Origin: Raillietiella orientalis
Lineage: Eukaryota
Assembly: GCA_036172245.1 (NCBI GenBank)
Contig: JAYWIR010000030.1
Coordinates: 2,356,001-2,420,000 of the forward strand
Direction of reading: 5' to 3'
DNA length: 64,000 nucleotides
Made by a program: the position numbers and the translations under genes. The notes below the pieces were generated by a model, which made no database searches, was not told the DNA's origin, and worked only from the letters and a program-made list of their open reading frames with translations. Positions 12,615 through 25,599 of this stretch are shown here, in pieces. Position 1 is the stretch's first letter. Each line of letters opens with the position of its first letter.

Positions 12615-13447
12615 GCCAGCCAGCACCGCCAGCCGGAGAGAACTGGCGGCCGCGTCGTGCTGCGCTCAGCCCCCTCCGGAAGCGTGCTGGCAGCGTCGTC
12701 ACGGAAGGAGAAGAGAGGAGGGAGCGATGAGGAATTCGAACCGCGCGCGCCTGCTTTCACCCCGGCGCCGAGCGCCACCCTCTCCTCGGACGCTCGGGAT
12801 GCCGGCAGGCCATCTCGTGCCCTGAGGGAGACGGGAGTTGAGGAGATGAGCGCGCGGAGCCGCCCATCTCCGGGACGTCCTCCGGACGCAGCGCGACCTT
12901 CCAGGTGGCCAAGCTCGAATCAAAGATCCAAAGAGCACCACGAATCCAAGATTCGGGATCCCACGGTCGAGTGAGCCTCGCTCCTCGGACCCGTGCGACC
13001 GGAGAGGGCAGGCCTGGTCCAGCCCGCCGGAAGCCTCCCATGCTGAGATACGGAGAAGGGTTGAGGGCGGTAGCGGGCGAAAGTGCGGCGCTCCTGCTTC
13101 CGATCCCCTTGAGGGCCCGGAGCGCAGGCGAAGGCTGGAAATGCGCAGTCGCTGCTTGGCGCCGTCTCGCCGCTGATGGAGGGCGATCCGTGGTCTATCG
13201 AGGCGGTCTCCCGGTGGTTTGTGGACGAAATGGGATCCTTTACTTCCATCGCCTTCCTATCCTCCACGCCGAGCCCACGCGCTCCGATAGACGCTCTGTG
13301 GAGGGAAACGTAGGACCCCGTGGGTCCACTAGCAGCGAGCGTCACCAACGCGCCTGTAAGGTGCGTTCGCGAGAAGCCGCTGCACCGAGCTGGAGGCCAC
13401 CACCTGGTCAGCAGCGGTTCGGCAGAGCAATGCTGCATGCCAACTCA
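12615..13447 (+). repeat. Left arm of ~0.8-kb inverted repeat
   Basis: Reverse complement of 18468-19283 with roughly 90% identity by eye; the ORF track shows near-identical peptides on opposite strands (e.g. 12905+ and 18606-). Confidence 0.95.
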
Positions 13448-13599
13448 TCGTATGTGTGCAGGCTGGGGGTCTGGTTCTAGGGGAACCTTCCGCGCTGACG
13501 GGCCGGGGGCTGCAGGCAGGGAGGCGGGCTCTCCTTTTTTTTTTTTCCTCCTTTTCCTAACCCTCTCCTTTTTGGGGGGCTGGAATCGGGCCGACTCTC

Positions 13600-14375
13600 G
13601 TAGTGGCGGAAGCGAAGAACTTCCCGGCGTTTCTTCAGGAGCTCCCTCATTTCTTGAGGGCTTATATTGAGCACGGACGGGCGTCCTCCCTGCAGCGCGT
13701 TCGTCCCGCCGAGGCCCGCGCCCGCGAAACAAAAGGCTGGCAGGTGATGGATCGACTCCACTGCTGTCAGGATTCACGGGGTGGACGGAATGGACGGAGG
13801 TTACGTTTGGGCTTTCAGCCCGCGCGCGCGGGTCCGGGAAATAAAAGCGGACGGCGGTTGTTCTCCTGGCAACTGGCGTGCTCCGATGCTGAAGGAGCCG
13901 GCAAAAGGTCCCTGCTGGTTCCGCTACCCGTGGGTAGGCGGGTCCGTCCACTGGAACTGCGGTTTTACCCCCCGTGACAAGCGTTTCCCTCCTCGTGACC
14001 GAAGCGGTTTTTCGGCACCGAGGCCGCTGCCTCCCATTCGGGGATCGTAGCGGAAGCCCCAGAGTTCTTCCGTCCCCCAAAAGCACGATAGACAGGGGAC
14101 ACCGATCTGCGGGATGGTCACTTTGTTCACTCCGGCTTGGCTTCTTCGACACAAAGCAGGGGCGCAGTGGGCGTTTCCTGGTTCTGCAGCTGGACGTTCC
14201 CAATCGAATGAAGAGCATCTCGGGGCAACTTCAAAATATCTGCCGTCGCCACGCCCCGTGAGGCTGGTTCGACGCGTGCTCCTCCTATTTTGATTTACAG
14301 TGGATTCCCGCTCCTTTTCCGCCGCTTCCGGAGTTTTAAGGAGCAAAGTTCCGGTTCATAAATAAACTAATAAAA
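13600..14375 (+). mobile_element. LINE fragment: ORF1 end plus N-terminal APE endonuclease, ending at two AATAAA
   Basis: SVHWNCG (~13943-13963), GHRSAGW, KQGRSGRFLVLQLD and NICRRHAP (14097-14258) parallel the APE WN-x-x-G, S-x-GVA, GR-x-L and N-x-YAP motifs. AATAAA at 14361 and 14369. Confidence 0.5.
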
Positions 14376-16899
14376 GGATGCTGTTTCCAGCCTCCCGTTA
14401 CTGGATCCATCGTGTTTCATTTATCTGAATGGGGTAATTAAACACTGTCAGGCGTTGATGTGCAAATCGAACAGAAATCTTTTTCGGATACTTCACCATC
14501 ATTACGCTTCTCTCTCAGTCCATCGCTCCCGCAAGAGATCTGATGAGAGTCCAGAAAAGTCGGAGATTCATTTGGAACGAAGAATGGGAACGGGATCGAT
14601 GCAAAAAAAAGGGTCTTCCGTTCGCTTGGTTTCTCCTGCAATTCGTAATTAAATGTTGGTCCAGATACGCATGATGGATACTGACAGACAAGAGTCCCTT
14701 TCCGCAACCACGCTCGTGTCCATACGCGTGTGCGCCCCTGAACGTTTCCGCCTTCCAGGGAAGAAGATCCCTGCCCCAGCCTGCGCTGCCGTGACCTTCA
14801 GAGCTAGCGCGCGGAGCCGGTGACGCTCCTCGACTCCCCTCGCCTTTTCCTAGGAAACCACAATCTTCCAGTCCGCCTCGTGACCACGTCACGTGAGGCG
14901 CGTCCCTGGAAGCAGCGGGTCTCCTCGACCTCCTCCTGCAGACGTAGAGGGGGCATCGGCACCTTCCCCTTTCCCGCCCTCTCCACATGTTTCACACGCC
15001 GCCCTCGTCACCACCCGCGCACGCGTGGCTCCCACACTTTGGCGGTGAGAAACGCCCGAACTCCAGTCGAAGGCGCTCCCTACAAGACTTCTTGCCGGCG
15101 ATCTCTCAGCGGAGGGGGGGAAGAGAGGGACAGAGCTGCCGCCTTTCCTCACCACGCGCGCCTCCTCCGACAGCATTCCCCTCTCAGCAGGCTCAAGAGA
15201 CCGCTGCGAGGTGGACCTATGTTCCACGTCACGGCCCCATCCTTGCGAGGCGTGAGGAAGAGTTGGTCCGGGCTGCGTGCGCGCTCCATCTGCTACACGC
15301 ATTCATCCAGAGGGCACCGCCGCCTGCAGGCGCCATTTCGGATTGAGCACGCTCTCCCCTACCTGTCGATACCATCAGAGTCCCCCACATCAACATCGGT
15401 CCCTGACTACCTATGTGTATCCGTGCAGATATCTCCTACCCAACCATGGCAACCCATCCGTGTTTGTAAGAACCGTGATATATCTACCTGTGACTGCGTG
15501 TACATATCTGTCCAGCAAAGTGATCTGTCTGCATACACCAGAATCTCGTGTCCCCTGCACCCGACTCGATCTGCACGGCCACCGTCCACAGCGGCGCGGT
15601 TCTCACCCACCATCAGCTGACCATCTGCTGTCCACAGACGTCCTTGATGCACCAGCGCTGGGGTCCAGGTGCTTGCGTGGATGAGGTCATCTGCTCATTC
15701 ACCCGCTCCGGTGAAGTTCCCCGCTGGGATCGATCGATCACCACGCGGATGGGTCAAGTCCTCGAAGAGTAGGAGGAGGAGGGGGGACGAAAACGTCTCC
15801 CTCATGTCGTTTCCAGGAAAATCCTGCAGCTACGGCAATCGCGCAGACTAAAGAGAGACGCGAAATGAGCAAGCCAGCCTCTAAAGACGTGGGAAGAGGA
15901 GCACGACCACGTGGATCCAAGAATCTGCGGAAGGACGAAAGTTCTTTAGCCTCAAGGCAAGGGAGAATGCGTGGCGCCAAGGCAGGCAGAGGCGCAATGT
16001 TCTTCGCCGAGAGGTGCCCATGCACGAGGATCCTTTAGGTTCTGGAGAGAGGAGAGAGAACGGGAGAAACCCTTCGATGCATCTGGGGAGCTAGCATGCA
16101 GCGATCAATAGCCAGAGGGCACTTTCCTGTGAAAGACACCATCGACCATGTCCTGTGGCGTCCATTCGCCACGGTACGTCCTGAGGTACGGTTTCTCTTC
16201 CGGGGAGTAAGGAACTCCGTGTCGCCATCCTTCTCGGAGAAACGGGACGCTCAGGGGTCAAGGGAAGGAAACGGCGAAGTGATCAGGAATCCCGGGAGGC
16301 ATCTCCTCCACTGGAGCGCTCCCTGAACTCTCCCTTTTTCAGACGCCTAGGGACGAGGAGGAAGAGGAGTTCCACGAGAAAGGAAGAACAGGTCTCCCGC
16401 TCCTGGAGGCGTCCGAGGGAGAGTAGCGGGAGCCCCTGGTGTGTGACACCCTCCGAAGCGGGCTCTCTCACACGTCCAAGGGCGGCAGTGGAGGAGGGAA
16501 GACAGGAAGACATGGGCGACGGCGATAATGCAGGAGGAAGGGAAGGATGCAGGAGAGAGGAAGAAATAGGGGAGAGAGGCAAGGAGTTGGCGGGAAGGGA
16601 CTTGGCCTGGAGAGGATGCTTGGGTCGAGGCACACGGCCCAGAGTATCGCGCGGACATCCTACGGGAGCACTGGCCTCCGACTCGGCTAGCGGGTTCCTT
16701 CTTGCTCCTGGTGCGGGACGTGCTCTTTCTGTCGGGAATGAGAGCGAGGCGTCAGGCGATTCCCCGAAGAAGCCAGGAGAGAGAGTCTGGGGCCCTCCAC
16801 GGAGAGAGGGCAGTCGCATGGGGCACTGGAGAGTCCGAGGAGGCGACTGGCTGGTCTCCCTGATGGCAGCCTTGGACAGGGGAGCGCCCCTTCAGGACA

Positions 16900-17550
16900 G
16901 TCCAGAGTCGCCTCCGAGCGGCCAGAGGGCATCCTGGAGCAGGGCTTTCCAGGGTGTTCTCATGCGCCCCGGATGCGCAGTTGCGCAGGTCGGAGATGTG
17001 GCCAGAAGAATGCAGCGGGTGGTTCCCGAAGAGTGCCGCAAAAGCCACAGCTCTGGGCTCTTCGGATGGTGGACCGGTCGCCTCGGAGCCAGGAACCCGG
17101 GAATGCGAAAGGACCGCTTTGTGGATGGGAAGACGGACATGGACTGGGTCGCAGAAGGACCCCCGTCCTGAGGATGTGGGTTGAGGGTGCTTTGGGACCA
17201 TTCAGTTTACGTGAGAGAACCGTCAGAAGCTGTCGGCAGGAGAGATCGCTTAGCAACCCATCCGAGGAGGAGAGGATGACTTCCTGCGCGACCAGGGCAG
17301 CTAACGCCAGACCGCCCAAGAGACAGGCAACGGTCTTTCCTTTCCTGCCCCTCCTCCTCCGGAGTAATTTCCTTACCTCCTGAGGGGCTCCCTAGGGGAT
17401 CAGCGCGGTCACTGCTGGATGGTCGGCCGCAGCAGCTGCGAGGGCAGGAGGTGAGGGCAGTGGGGGAGCTACTTTGAGGACAGCACGGCTCTCGACTCCC
17501 TAAGAAGCAGACCAACCAGCCTAAACCTTCCGGACGAGTGGTGTGGCATA
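16900..17550 (-). mobile_element. Tx1-like ORF1 remnant
   Basis: FRIPGFL...VHHPKSPEL followed by Cys/His knuckle-like segments (RNCASGAH), the same architecture as the other ORF1 copies. Confidence 0.42.
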
Positions 17551-18467
17551 GTTTGGGGAAGGGAGCACCCCTCTCCTATGTCCAGAGGATTGCGCGAGAG
17601 CGTTTCCCTCTCCCGAAGTGGGATGACGCAAGCCTCCTGTGGAGCCCTCGGGCCTACCGAGACTGCTCTACCACCCAGCATCCTTCTTCCTGCTTCCTGA
17701 TCCTCCGAGAAAGGCTTGGACACTCTGACTCCGAAGACCTCCCACCCGCCAAGTACAGGTGACCTGTGCGTCTTGGTGAGGGAAGCCGTCACGGACGAAA
17801 AGAGTGAGCGAAAACTGCTACTGCAGCACCATCTCGCGGAGGTGCGCCGAAGGTCAGCTGCATTGAGGGTGGCGCGCTGCTCGTTCAACGGTGATTCTGT
17901 TGTTGGTAACATCTCACGGATACGTGGGTCAAAACCATGAGTTGTACCACCCCTGTCTCAGTTTGTCCACATCTTCTTGATCACTTCCACGTCGAGAAAG
18001 GGAATAGGAGCGGATGGAGGCCGAGACTTACTCCATCTCACCTCTACTGCTTGAGACCAATTAAACCGTGGAGACGCCCCGAGAAAGAGGAGGCTGATGG
18101 ACTCCAGTTCGTTCATGACGGGATGCACTCAAGACTTGGGCCAAAGCTGGCGGTCCGCCGTGTCAGCGTGGTCTTCTGCTCTGGCTGCAGTTCAGTGAGG
18201 GTTCCGGAAGCACAGCGAAGGAGAGCACCGATGGGACTCCCGCTTCTCCTCTCCGCATCCAGAGCGTCACCTTCTGCAGAATGAGGAGGATTAGGAGGCT
18301 GGCAGCAAGAGAACGGCGATTTTCTCACACAATACGCACGGCTCTTGCAGGGCATGGGAAGCGCTCAGGGAAGACGGGACTGGGACCCTGGATGGGGTGA
18401 ACCAACATTCTGCAGGGCCGGGATAGGAGTCGGGCTCTGTCTGGGCCACTGACCAGGAAACCGACAG

Positions 18468-19283
18468 TGAGTTGGCATGAAGCGTTGCCCTGCCGAACCG
18501 CTGCTGACCAGACAGTGGTCTCCTCGCAAACGCACCTTACTGGTGCGTTGGTGGCGCTCGCTGCTAGTAGACCCACGGGGTCCTACGTTTCCCTCCACAG
18601 AGCGTCTATTGGAGCGCGTGGGCTCGGCGTGGAGGATAGGACGGCGATGGGAGTGGAGGATCCAAGTTCGCCCCACAAACCACCGGGAGACCGCCTCGAT
18701 AGACCACGGATCGCCCTCCATCAGCGGCGAGACGGCGCCAAGCAGCGACTGCGCATTTCCAGCCTTCGCCTGCGCTCCGGGCCCTCAAGGGGATCGGAAG
18801 CAGGAGCGCCGCACTTTCGCCCGCTACCGCCCTCAACCCTTCTCCGTATCTCAGCATGGGAGGCTTCCGGCGGGCTGGACCAGGCCTGCCCGCTCCGGTC
18901 GCACGGGTCCGAGGAGCGAGGCTCACTCGACCGCGGGATTCCGAATCTTGGATTCGTGATGCTCTTTGAATCTTTGATTCGAGCTTGGCCGCCTGGAAGG
19001 TCGCGCTGCGTCCGGAGGACGTCCCGGAGATGGGCGGCTCCGCGCGCACATCTCCGCGACTCCCGTCTCCCTCAGGGCACGGGATGGCCTGCCGGCATCC
19101 CGAGCGGCCGAGGCGAGGGTGGCGCTCGGCGCCGGGGTGAAAGCAGGCGCGCGCAGTTCGAATTCCTCATCGCCCCCTCCTCTCTTCTCCTTCCGTGACG
19201 ACGCTGCCAGCACGCTTCCGGAGGGGACAGAGCGCAGCACGACGCGGTCTCCAGTTCTCGCCGGCTGGCGGCGTTGGTTGCTG
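18468..19283 (-). repeat. Right arm of ~0.8-kb inverted repeat
   Basis: Reverse complement of 12615-13447; lacks a short (~18 nt) segment present near 13372-13390 of the left arm. Confidence 0.95.
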
Positions 19284-20449
19284 CGTCCCTCCTGGATGGT
19301 TGTTGCTTTCACGCCGCCAGCCACCTAGCAGATGCTTTCGGTACATTTCGGGGCGCACCGTTTTCTTTCTGAAGCGTTCTGCCTGGAGCTGGGAAATCAC
19401 TGAGTTTTCTCGACAGCACATCCTTCATCTCGGAATCCTGTGACCAGCGTTTCCACCAAGTCTGAGACTTCTTCTGAGATTTGTGTGCGGAATTTGGAAG
19501 GGACAGATGACACCCAGCGTGGACACGTGCCTTCCTTCAGGGCGGAAGCACAGGTCAGGGCGGAAAAGGGGACCGAGTAGCGTTCTTCAGGGTGCTTCGC
19601 CAGCCTCTAACGATCTGCATCCAAGCTGAAACCGATAGCGCCCGAGCGTCTTTCCTTCGCTAACAGATAGCAAAGATCCTCCTTTTATCAGCCATCCCTC
19701 CTCCGGTCTTCCACTTGTCAGCTCACATTGCCAAATCTGATCCAGGCCATTTCTACTGTCACTGCCCGCCTCTTCCTCTCCCCATGCACGGAAAGCGCAC
19801 CGTTCTTTTGTTGTCGATTTCATCTTACGGTTCTTGATGGTTTCCTCTTAAGGGCAGCTCCGGAGAGAGAATCCTCATTCTTAGTAATTCCTCCTGCCTG
19901 AGTGGTAAACACATTTAAACCAGGAACCATTACGCCAACTCTCCTGGAAATTTTATTGCTCGCTTTTTCCTTCTTTTTTCCCTCCTCCTGAGTGTTTTTC
20001 CTGGCCAGATGAACGATTGACCTTGAGTTTAACCTGACCTCCTTTCGGCATTTGAACGCCAGCGGAACGCCTACTGCTACTGAGGTTCCAGCTGTTAGAT
20101 CAGCAGCTATGGTGAACGGGGCCTCTCTTCCCCTCTGACAAGCAGCTTCGCATGCTGACCATAGCCGCCAGCGGTCCCCCATCAAACAACTCTCAGGGCA
20201 TTCCGAACTTAAATGTTCCATTGAGACTGAATTTTGATCACCAAATTTTTCATCTCCACTGCATCTCATGGTCTTCGAGTGACCGTTGATGGCATCACTT
20301 CATCATGATCTGGAATCTTCATTTTATCACTCACCAATGATGTTCTCGATCTTCTATTTGGGCTGGTAATGATGCTTCTAAGATGTCGCTCGACTGTTTC
20401 TCTTCCTACTCGTGCAGCAGAGATCCTCGTCTTTAATTGTTAGCGATAT

Positions 20450-23056
20450 TAAGTGTGAAGAACTTCCAGTTTATCTACAAGCGAAGGGCGGATAATGATC
20501 TTTGGTGCGAGGAGCACATCATCCTTCAAGATAAAAATGAAAATACCTCGGGGGACCAAACTCGATATGGAGTCGCACGCATTCACGGCAACAAGCTGTT
20601 TCCCGAATTCGACAAGAATCATCTGCGATCTCACAATCATCTCGCAAATTTCCCGAAAGCACCTCGGAAACCAATCTTTTGAAGGAGCCGTGTACTTGCA
20701 TTCCCGCAACTCGTTGATGATAATCTGGATGAAATACCTTTCAATAGAGGATGCAAAGGTTCCGAGAGCTCAGCTATAAATAAGACTTCTGTCAGTTTAA
20801 CTTGTAGTTCGGAGTCCTCCGTGTTCCAGGGAGGAATTTCATAAATGCAACTGCAATTCCTTCTTTCGGCAATAAGCTTCTTATTAGCTTGCTCGAATTA
20901 TTGCTCGATGCTTTCTGATTGCTGCATACTATTAATGGTCGGTTGTCTACAAGAAGAAAGGGATTACTGTCTGTTATTTCTCTTCTCTTTTTCCACTTTT
21001 CCTGGGTTTTGCACGAGAGGCTTCTCACAAGTTGATGGTGCTGATCAGCTGCCCGTGCTATTCTGTAATCTGCTGCATTGCCGCTAATACATTTGGTCCT
21101 ATGGATTGATGTCAGCGACCACACTCGTGCCTTCTTCGCTCCTGTTTTCGGCTTTCTCTTTTCATTTTTTGCATTTTTTTTTTTTTTTTGACTCTTCTCT
21201 CTGTTATTCCAGGCCACTGCACTCGCTGTTCGTTCAAGCTCTTCGCATACGAGCCGTCAGTCTCGCTGCCTGCCTGCCAAGATGGTGCAAATGAGTGCTC
21301 GAAGTGCTCTAGCTGACGTCCGCGGTAGCACAGAACGCAGATCCTTGCTTCATGTCTCTGTGGCAATGCTGATGCTTTCTTTCTGAAGAAGGCATGTGGA
21401 TGAACATGCTATGATCCATGCTTGAGTTTGTCAAATGAGTTGTTCCCGAACTTCTTCATTCGGACTTGCCTCAGTGAGATGCTGGACAGCACGACTTATC
21501 CCTTCCTCACGAGACGGATGCACCCAAGGAAGAGCATGGCTTGTTTGGGAATGGGCCAGTTCATGGCATTTCCCCTTCGTCTCCCGTCTCTCATCTTCCA
21601 CCGCCTTGAATGCGGAGTTCGTTTCGGCGCGCGGTCCAGGCACGGGATGGAAACTGGAGCTTTCCAAATCAAGTCCCATCTTAACTGAAGACCAACTCTC
21701 AGAAGGTCCATCCGGGTTCATTCATCAAAATGTCATCTTAATGCTTAGGTTTTATTCGTCCATGAGGGTTTCAGAAATCAAATGTCCTTTTTCTTCCTAG
21801 GCAAAAGGTGGAACTTCTCGCACTTTTTCCTTTGCCAAGAGCCTCAGGCATTGAAAGGATTTTTCGTTTCCGGTACTTTGAAAATCCTTTTCCTGTGAAA
21901 CGCATCGAAGATTCCGTCTATTCGAAACGATGAAATTCTTCTGCGATCATCAGCATCCTGAAGATTTCTAGTTGGTCGTTTTCTACGGCTTTTTCAGCTA
22001 ACCATGCTCATTTCTCCGCAAGGTGCATCTCAAAAGTGTCTCGTTTTGATGTCGTTTCTAGGGAAAGTAGAGAGGCAGGGATTAGTCCAGATGTCAAGAG
22101 TCGTGGCAACAAGTGCACAGACAAGGGACGCTCGAGCCCGAGGTAGTTTCGACGCCAGTCGGGATCCCAAATCGAATTTGGAACGCGTTCCGTATGAAGC
22201 TCAGAATCCTTCTAATTACTTCTATTCTAACTGTGCTTTACTTGGGTGAGACGAGCACGTCATTCCAAAAGAAACTCCGCCTTCAAGTTCCTCGATTGGT
22301 GCAGTTCTTCTTGGACTCGATGCCCCTGATGATTCCTTCATCGGGAAAATGTCCTGATCGGTGAGTTTAACAGGTATCAGAGCAAACGTAAGGCACCCTG
22401 TGTCACTTTTCTAATTAAGGGACTCCAAGTTCCTAAGGAGCCACCTATAAAGGCTCCGTTGGTCTTCGTCGACAGAGAGCCAGCAAGACCCTTGCTGCTG
22501 TTCTCTTTTCTTTCTCCAGAACTTCCGAGAGAGTCAGAGTCACTCTCGAGGCATCCAACTTCCAGAACAACCATTCTCCTCTCTTTGATCAGTGCTGAAT
22601 CAGGACGGAGACGCGAATTCGCTCCAGGGATGAGGCTGTCGCGGGAAACCTCTTCTCCGAATCGACGAGGAGACGCACCGTCTCCGAAGGAACGCGCGAG
22701 AGAGTCAGGTCCAACGCTTGAGGCAGTGGAATCTCATTCCAAAATTCAGAACCCCTGCAGCTTCGCTCTTGTTTGCAGAATGCATCTTTCCTGACCGGGA
22801 GAGAGTTTGACTGGGCAGCACGAACACATCTCCATGTATTCCTCTGGAGCGAGGCAATGGCTCGAGCACAGAATGATTTGTTCCGTGGCGCGTATTTCCT
22901 TCTCTCAATTACAAGATCATATTGCCACCGATGGTCTGCAGCACTCCATCTGCAGGGGTGCGTTTGACTCCTGTGCAAGATGGCGTTCGTCCTTCTGATG
23001 TCCCCGGGACTCGTATATCCGCAATATTTTTCTGGATTTCCTGGAAATCTTCCCAA
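20450..23056 (-). mobile_element. Decayed THAP-domain P-element/THAP9-like transposase, near full length
   Basis: THAP-like N-terminus LHRS...RWQYDLVIERRKYAPRNK...ILCSSHC...VRKDAF (22780-22985). Core LVATTLD (~22092-22112), IFDAFH (~21894-21912, cf. FD-x-x-HL), VLCYRGRQLEHFE (~21298-21336, cf. YLLTY-x-x-SQDHLE). Tail EVLFIA and KYTAPSKDW (20670-20790). Order is correct and the span is ~2.6 kb. Confidence 0.65.
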
Positions 23057-24049
23057 TAGAAATCCGCACCCGACTTAACTTCCTTGACGAGTCTTCACCA
23101 TTGCAATCATTGCTGTTCTGGTTGTATTTGATGAGGGTGGGAGTACAAGAGACTGAAGGGAGACTGTCTACTATCTATTCCATCTGGACGCTGAAGACCC
23201 CTCATCTCTCACGTGAGAATCCATTTGGAGAAAGGGTTGGTGACCTTCCAGACGCTGGGTTTCCAGCACATGCCAGTGGGAAACTAGATGCTTGGCTAGA
23301 TGCTCTGCTTCCTGTACGCCATCTGCTTCTTTTCTGGATCTTCAGCATCGTCGTTGGCCGCGTTCTTACTACGATCGCCTTTTTAGTAAAGGCGATCGTA
23401 ATCAGGACTAGCAGGGATGCTGTGGAGCGCTGATCCTCGGAATTTTCCCCCCTTCTCCTGCCTCTGGCCTTGCATCGCCTTGGCAGAGTGTCCATATGGA
23501 CACATTACGTCTGTGGCGAGGATTACCATCTCTTTGGAAGTCATTCGTCCCTTTGGAGGTGATGCTCTTGAGCTGTTCCACCATTCCATCTGCTGATCAT
23601 CGATATCGTTCGATGGACGTGGGAGCCGTGTCTGGGGACTTGACGTGGGGAATTTCTGCTTACCTTATGCAGCTTCATCCCTGGTGGACGCCATTCCTAG
23701 TCGGAACGTGTGGACAAACTTGTAGCCTACACAATTCTCTTTTCTGCATAGAAAATACCTTGAAGACACGATGCCGTCTTATGCAAGCCATGGATCCACA
23801 ATCCGAAAACCTCATGCACTTCCCCTGAAGAGAAGAAGCGACCTCGGACTTCTCTTCAATTCAATGCTTTTCACTGGTTTCTGTAATTTTCTGTCAGGGA
23901 GACACAGACACTCAGGACGTCCTTCAAGATTTCCGTGCTCCCTCGCACAACATCGTGCATTGGCAGAAGCTTATCCTCATGAGGTCATCAACGATGGAGT
24001 CTCTGAACGCTATCGGTCTTTGGCGTGGTCTCCTAGCAGAGCCATTCAG

Positions 24050-24700
24050 TGCATCCCGTTTAAGATGCCGCCGATCAAGTAGTCTTTCTGGACCGCAGCT
24101 TCCCCTGGCACTCGCAACTCCGAAAATCCGGCTCCGAGCGGGGCAGAGCGGTCGCTTTCAAGAGGAAACTCCCATGCATGTTGGCAAAGAGCCTTCAGGG
24201 TAATCGATAGTTCCAACCATGCAGCTGGGAAACTTGGTAATGGGATCTGTGACTGACAGTGCTCCTGTTGGCGCACCACAGCGGCTCCGTCGTCCAGGAT
24301 ATGTGCACAACTGTGAATGCCCAGGAATTCGCAAGTTTGGAGGAGATCACCGCGAGCGCGGTCGGAAGGAGCTCGGTACTCAGCAGCAAAGGAAGCTGTT
24401 CCGCGTCTCCTCTAAAACTGCAAAACCACAGGGGGGTCCGAGGAAGCTGAGAACGATAGAACTGAGCTCTCCTCAAAGCTGCTGCTCGCGCCTCGGCTAC
24501 GGCCCTTCTTGACTTTTGACAGTAAGTAGGATAGTGAGAAGAAAAAAATCCTCATTCTGCCCTGCACAGCTACCAAAATGTCTTCGGAAGAAAAAGAGCC
24601 CCATCTTCAATGAATCCTCCACTCGGGAGAGCGGTGTCCTCTCCTCCTGGACGGCCTTGGAAAAACTCCTCTTCCCCGGTGCTATGAATGCAAATCGGCA
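24050..24700 (-). mobile_element. Tx1-like ORF1 remnant
   Basis: VSQLHGW (~24215-24235) matches the QLHG block of copies at 4490 and 61505, with an upstream RSFSKAVQ segment at the analogous position. Confidence 0.38.
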
Positions 24701-25599
24701 GGATCTTCCCTTTCCTGGAAACATTGCAGTCTAAAATTAGTCTGCGCGAGATTACTTATGGCCCATCCTCCCGCCGTTTTAATAAAAGAGCTGCTGCCTT
24801 CACGGAGGGGAGCAACGGCGTTCGCGAGAGGAGAACCAGATCTCGCAACCAGGTCTCTTCCTCTCGAGTGGCCACCAGGTGGAACCCTTCAGCAGTAGAC
24901 CTTCCATCGAATCCGCGCTGACCACGCAGATGGGAGGAGCGATCGTGGTGATCGGTCCGAGAGACTTCGTGGACCTTTCCGCTGCGGGAAGCCGGGACGA
25001 CCGCGCAAGGAAAGTCCGGGCGGCGCGGACGCGTCCGCTCCCCGAAGGCGGAGGAACGCGGCGCGCGACTTTACCCTCCGGTCCAGAACATCAGAACCGC
25101 TCGGAAGAACCTCGCTGATGGCCGCAGATCGGAGATGCTGGAAGGGACGCTCTCCGTCACGCCTCCCGAGCGTGCCCGGGCGCCATTTGCAGGAGCCGCT
25201 GGCCGCACGTCGTTCCTCAGAGCCACGGTTCAAATGGAGCAGAACAAGGGGAAAGAAGCGGCGCAGTCCGTTCTTCCTGATTCATGGTCCTCCCGATCGG
25301 GCAAACAGGAAATGGATTCGCTCGAGTCGGGAAGCGTTCACGTGTCTCCTTCCTCTCTTTCTTCCCGCTCCCCAGGAACAGAGGCCGTGTGCTGGATGCA
25401 GGCATGAAGCGGGAACCTGGAAATCCTCGTGCTACCAGCGCTCTTCTCTCCAGCCGCGGTCAAATGTGCAGGTCCGAGACCCGTGCTAAGGTGCCCTCTG
25501 GCTCCCCTTGCTGCTAGCGCTTCAGACGGAGGAGTGGAGGGATCAGTGAGAAGAGGACGGGGAGGAAAGTAGCGCGCGAGTTGTCCCCAGGGCATCTTT

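Noticed and set aside
15350..15540. CRISPR or tandem array in the TAC/TATC-rich stretch
   Set aside because: No fixed repeat unit or regular spacers; low-complexity sequence in eukaryotic DNA.
15850..16300. LINE C-terminal zinc finger on the plus strand (KDTIDHVLW)
   Set aside because: Single short motif without the flanking cysteines; too weak to list as a feature.
13448..18467. DIRS or Polinton element between the inverted repeats
   Set aside because: No tyrosine recombinase, RNase H, integrase, PolB or capsid motifs recognised; only LINE debris.
22850..22880. Trypsin-like TAAHC motif (ILCSSHC)
   Set aside because: Context fits the THAP C-S-x-H motif with upstream W and downstream DA, and no GDSGG was found.
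23101..23830. Membrane protein exons (hydrophobic short ORFs)
   Set aside because: No recognisable family motif or supportable splice structure.
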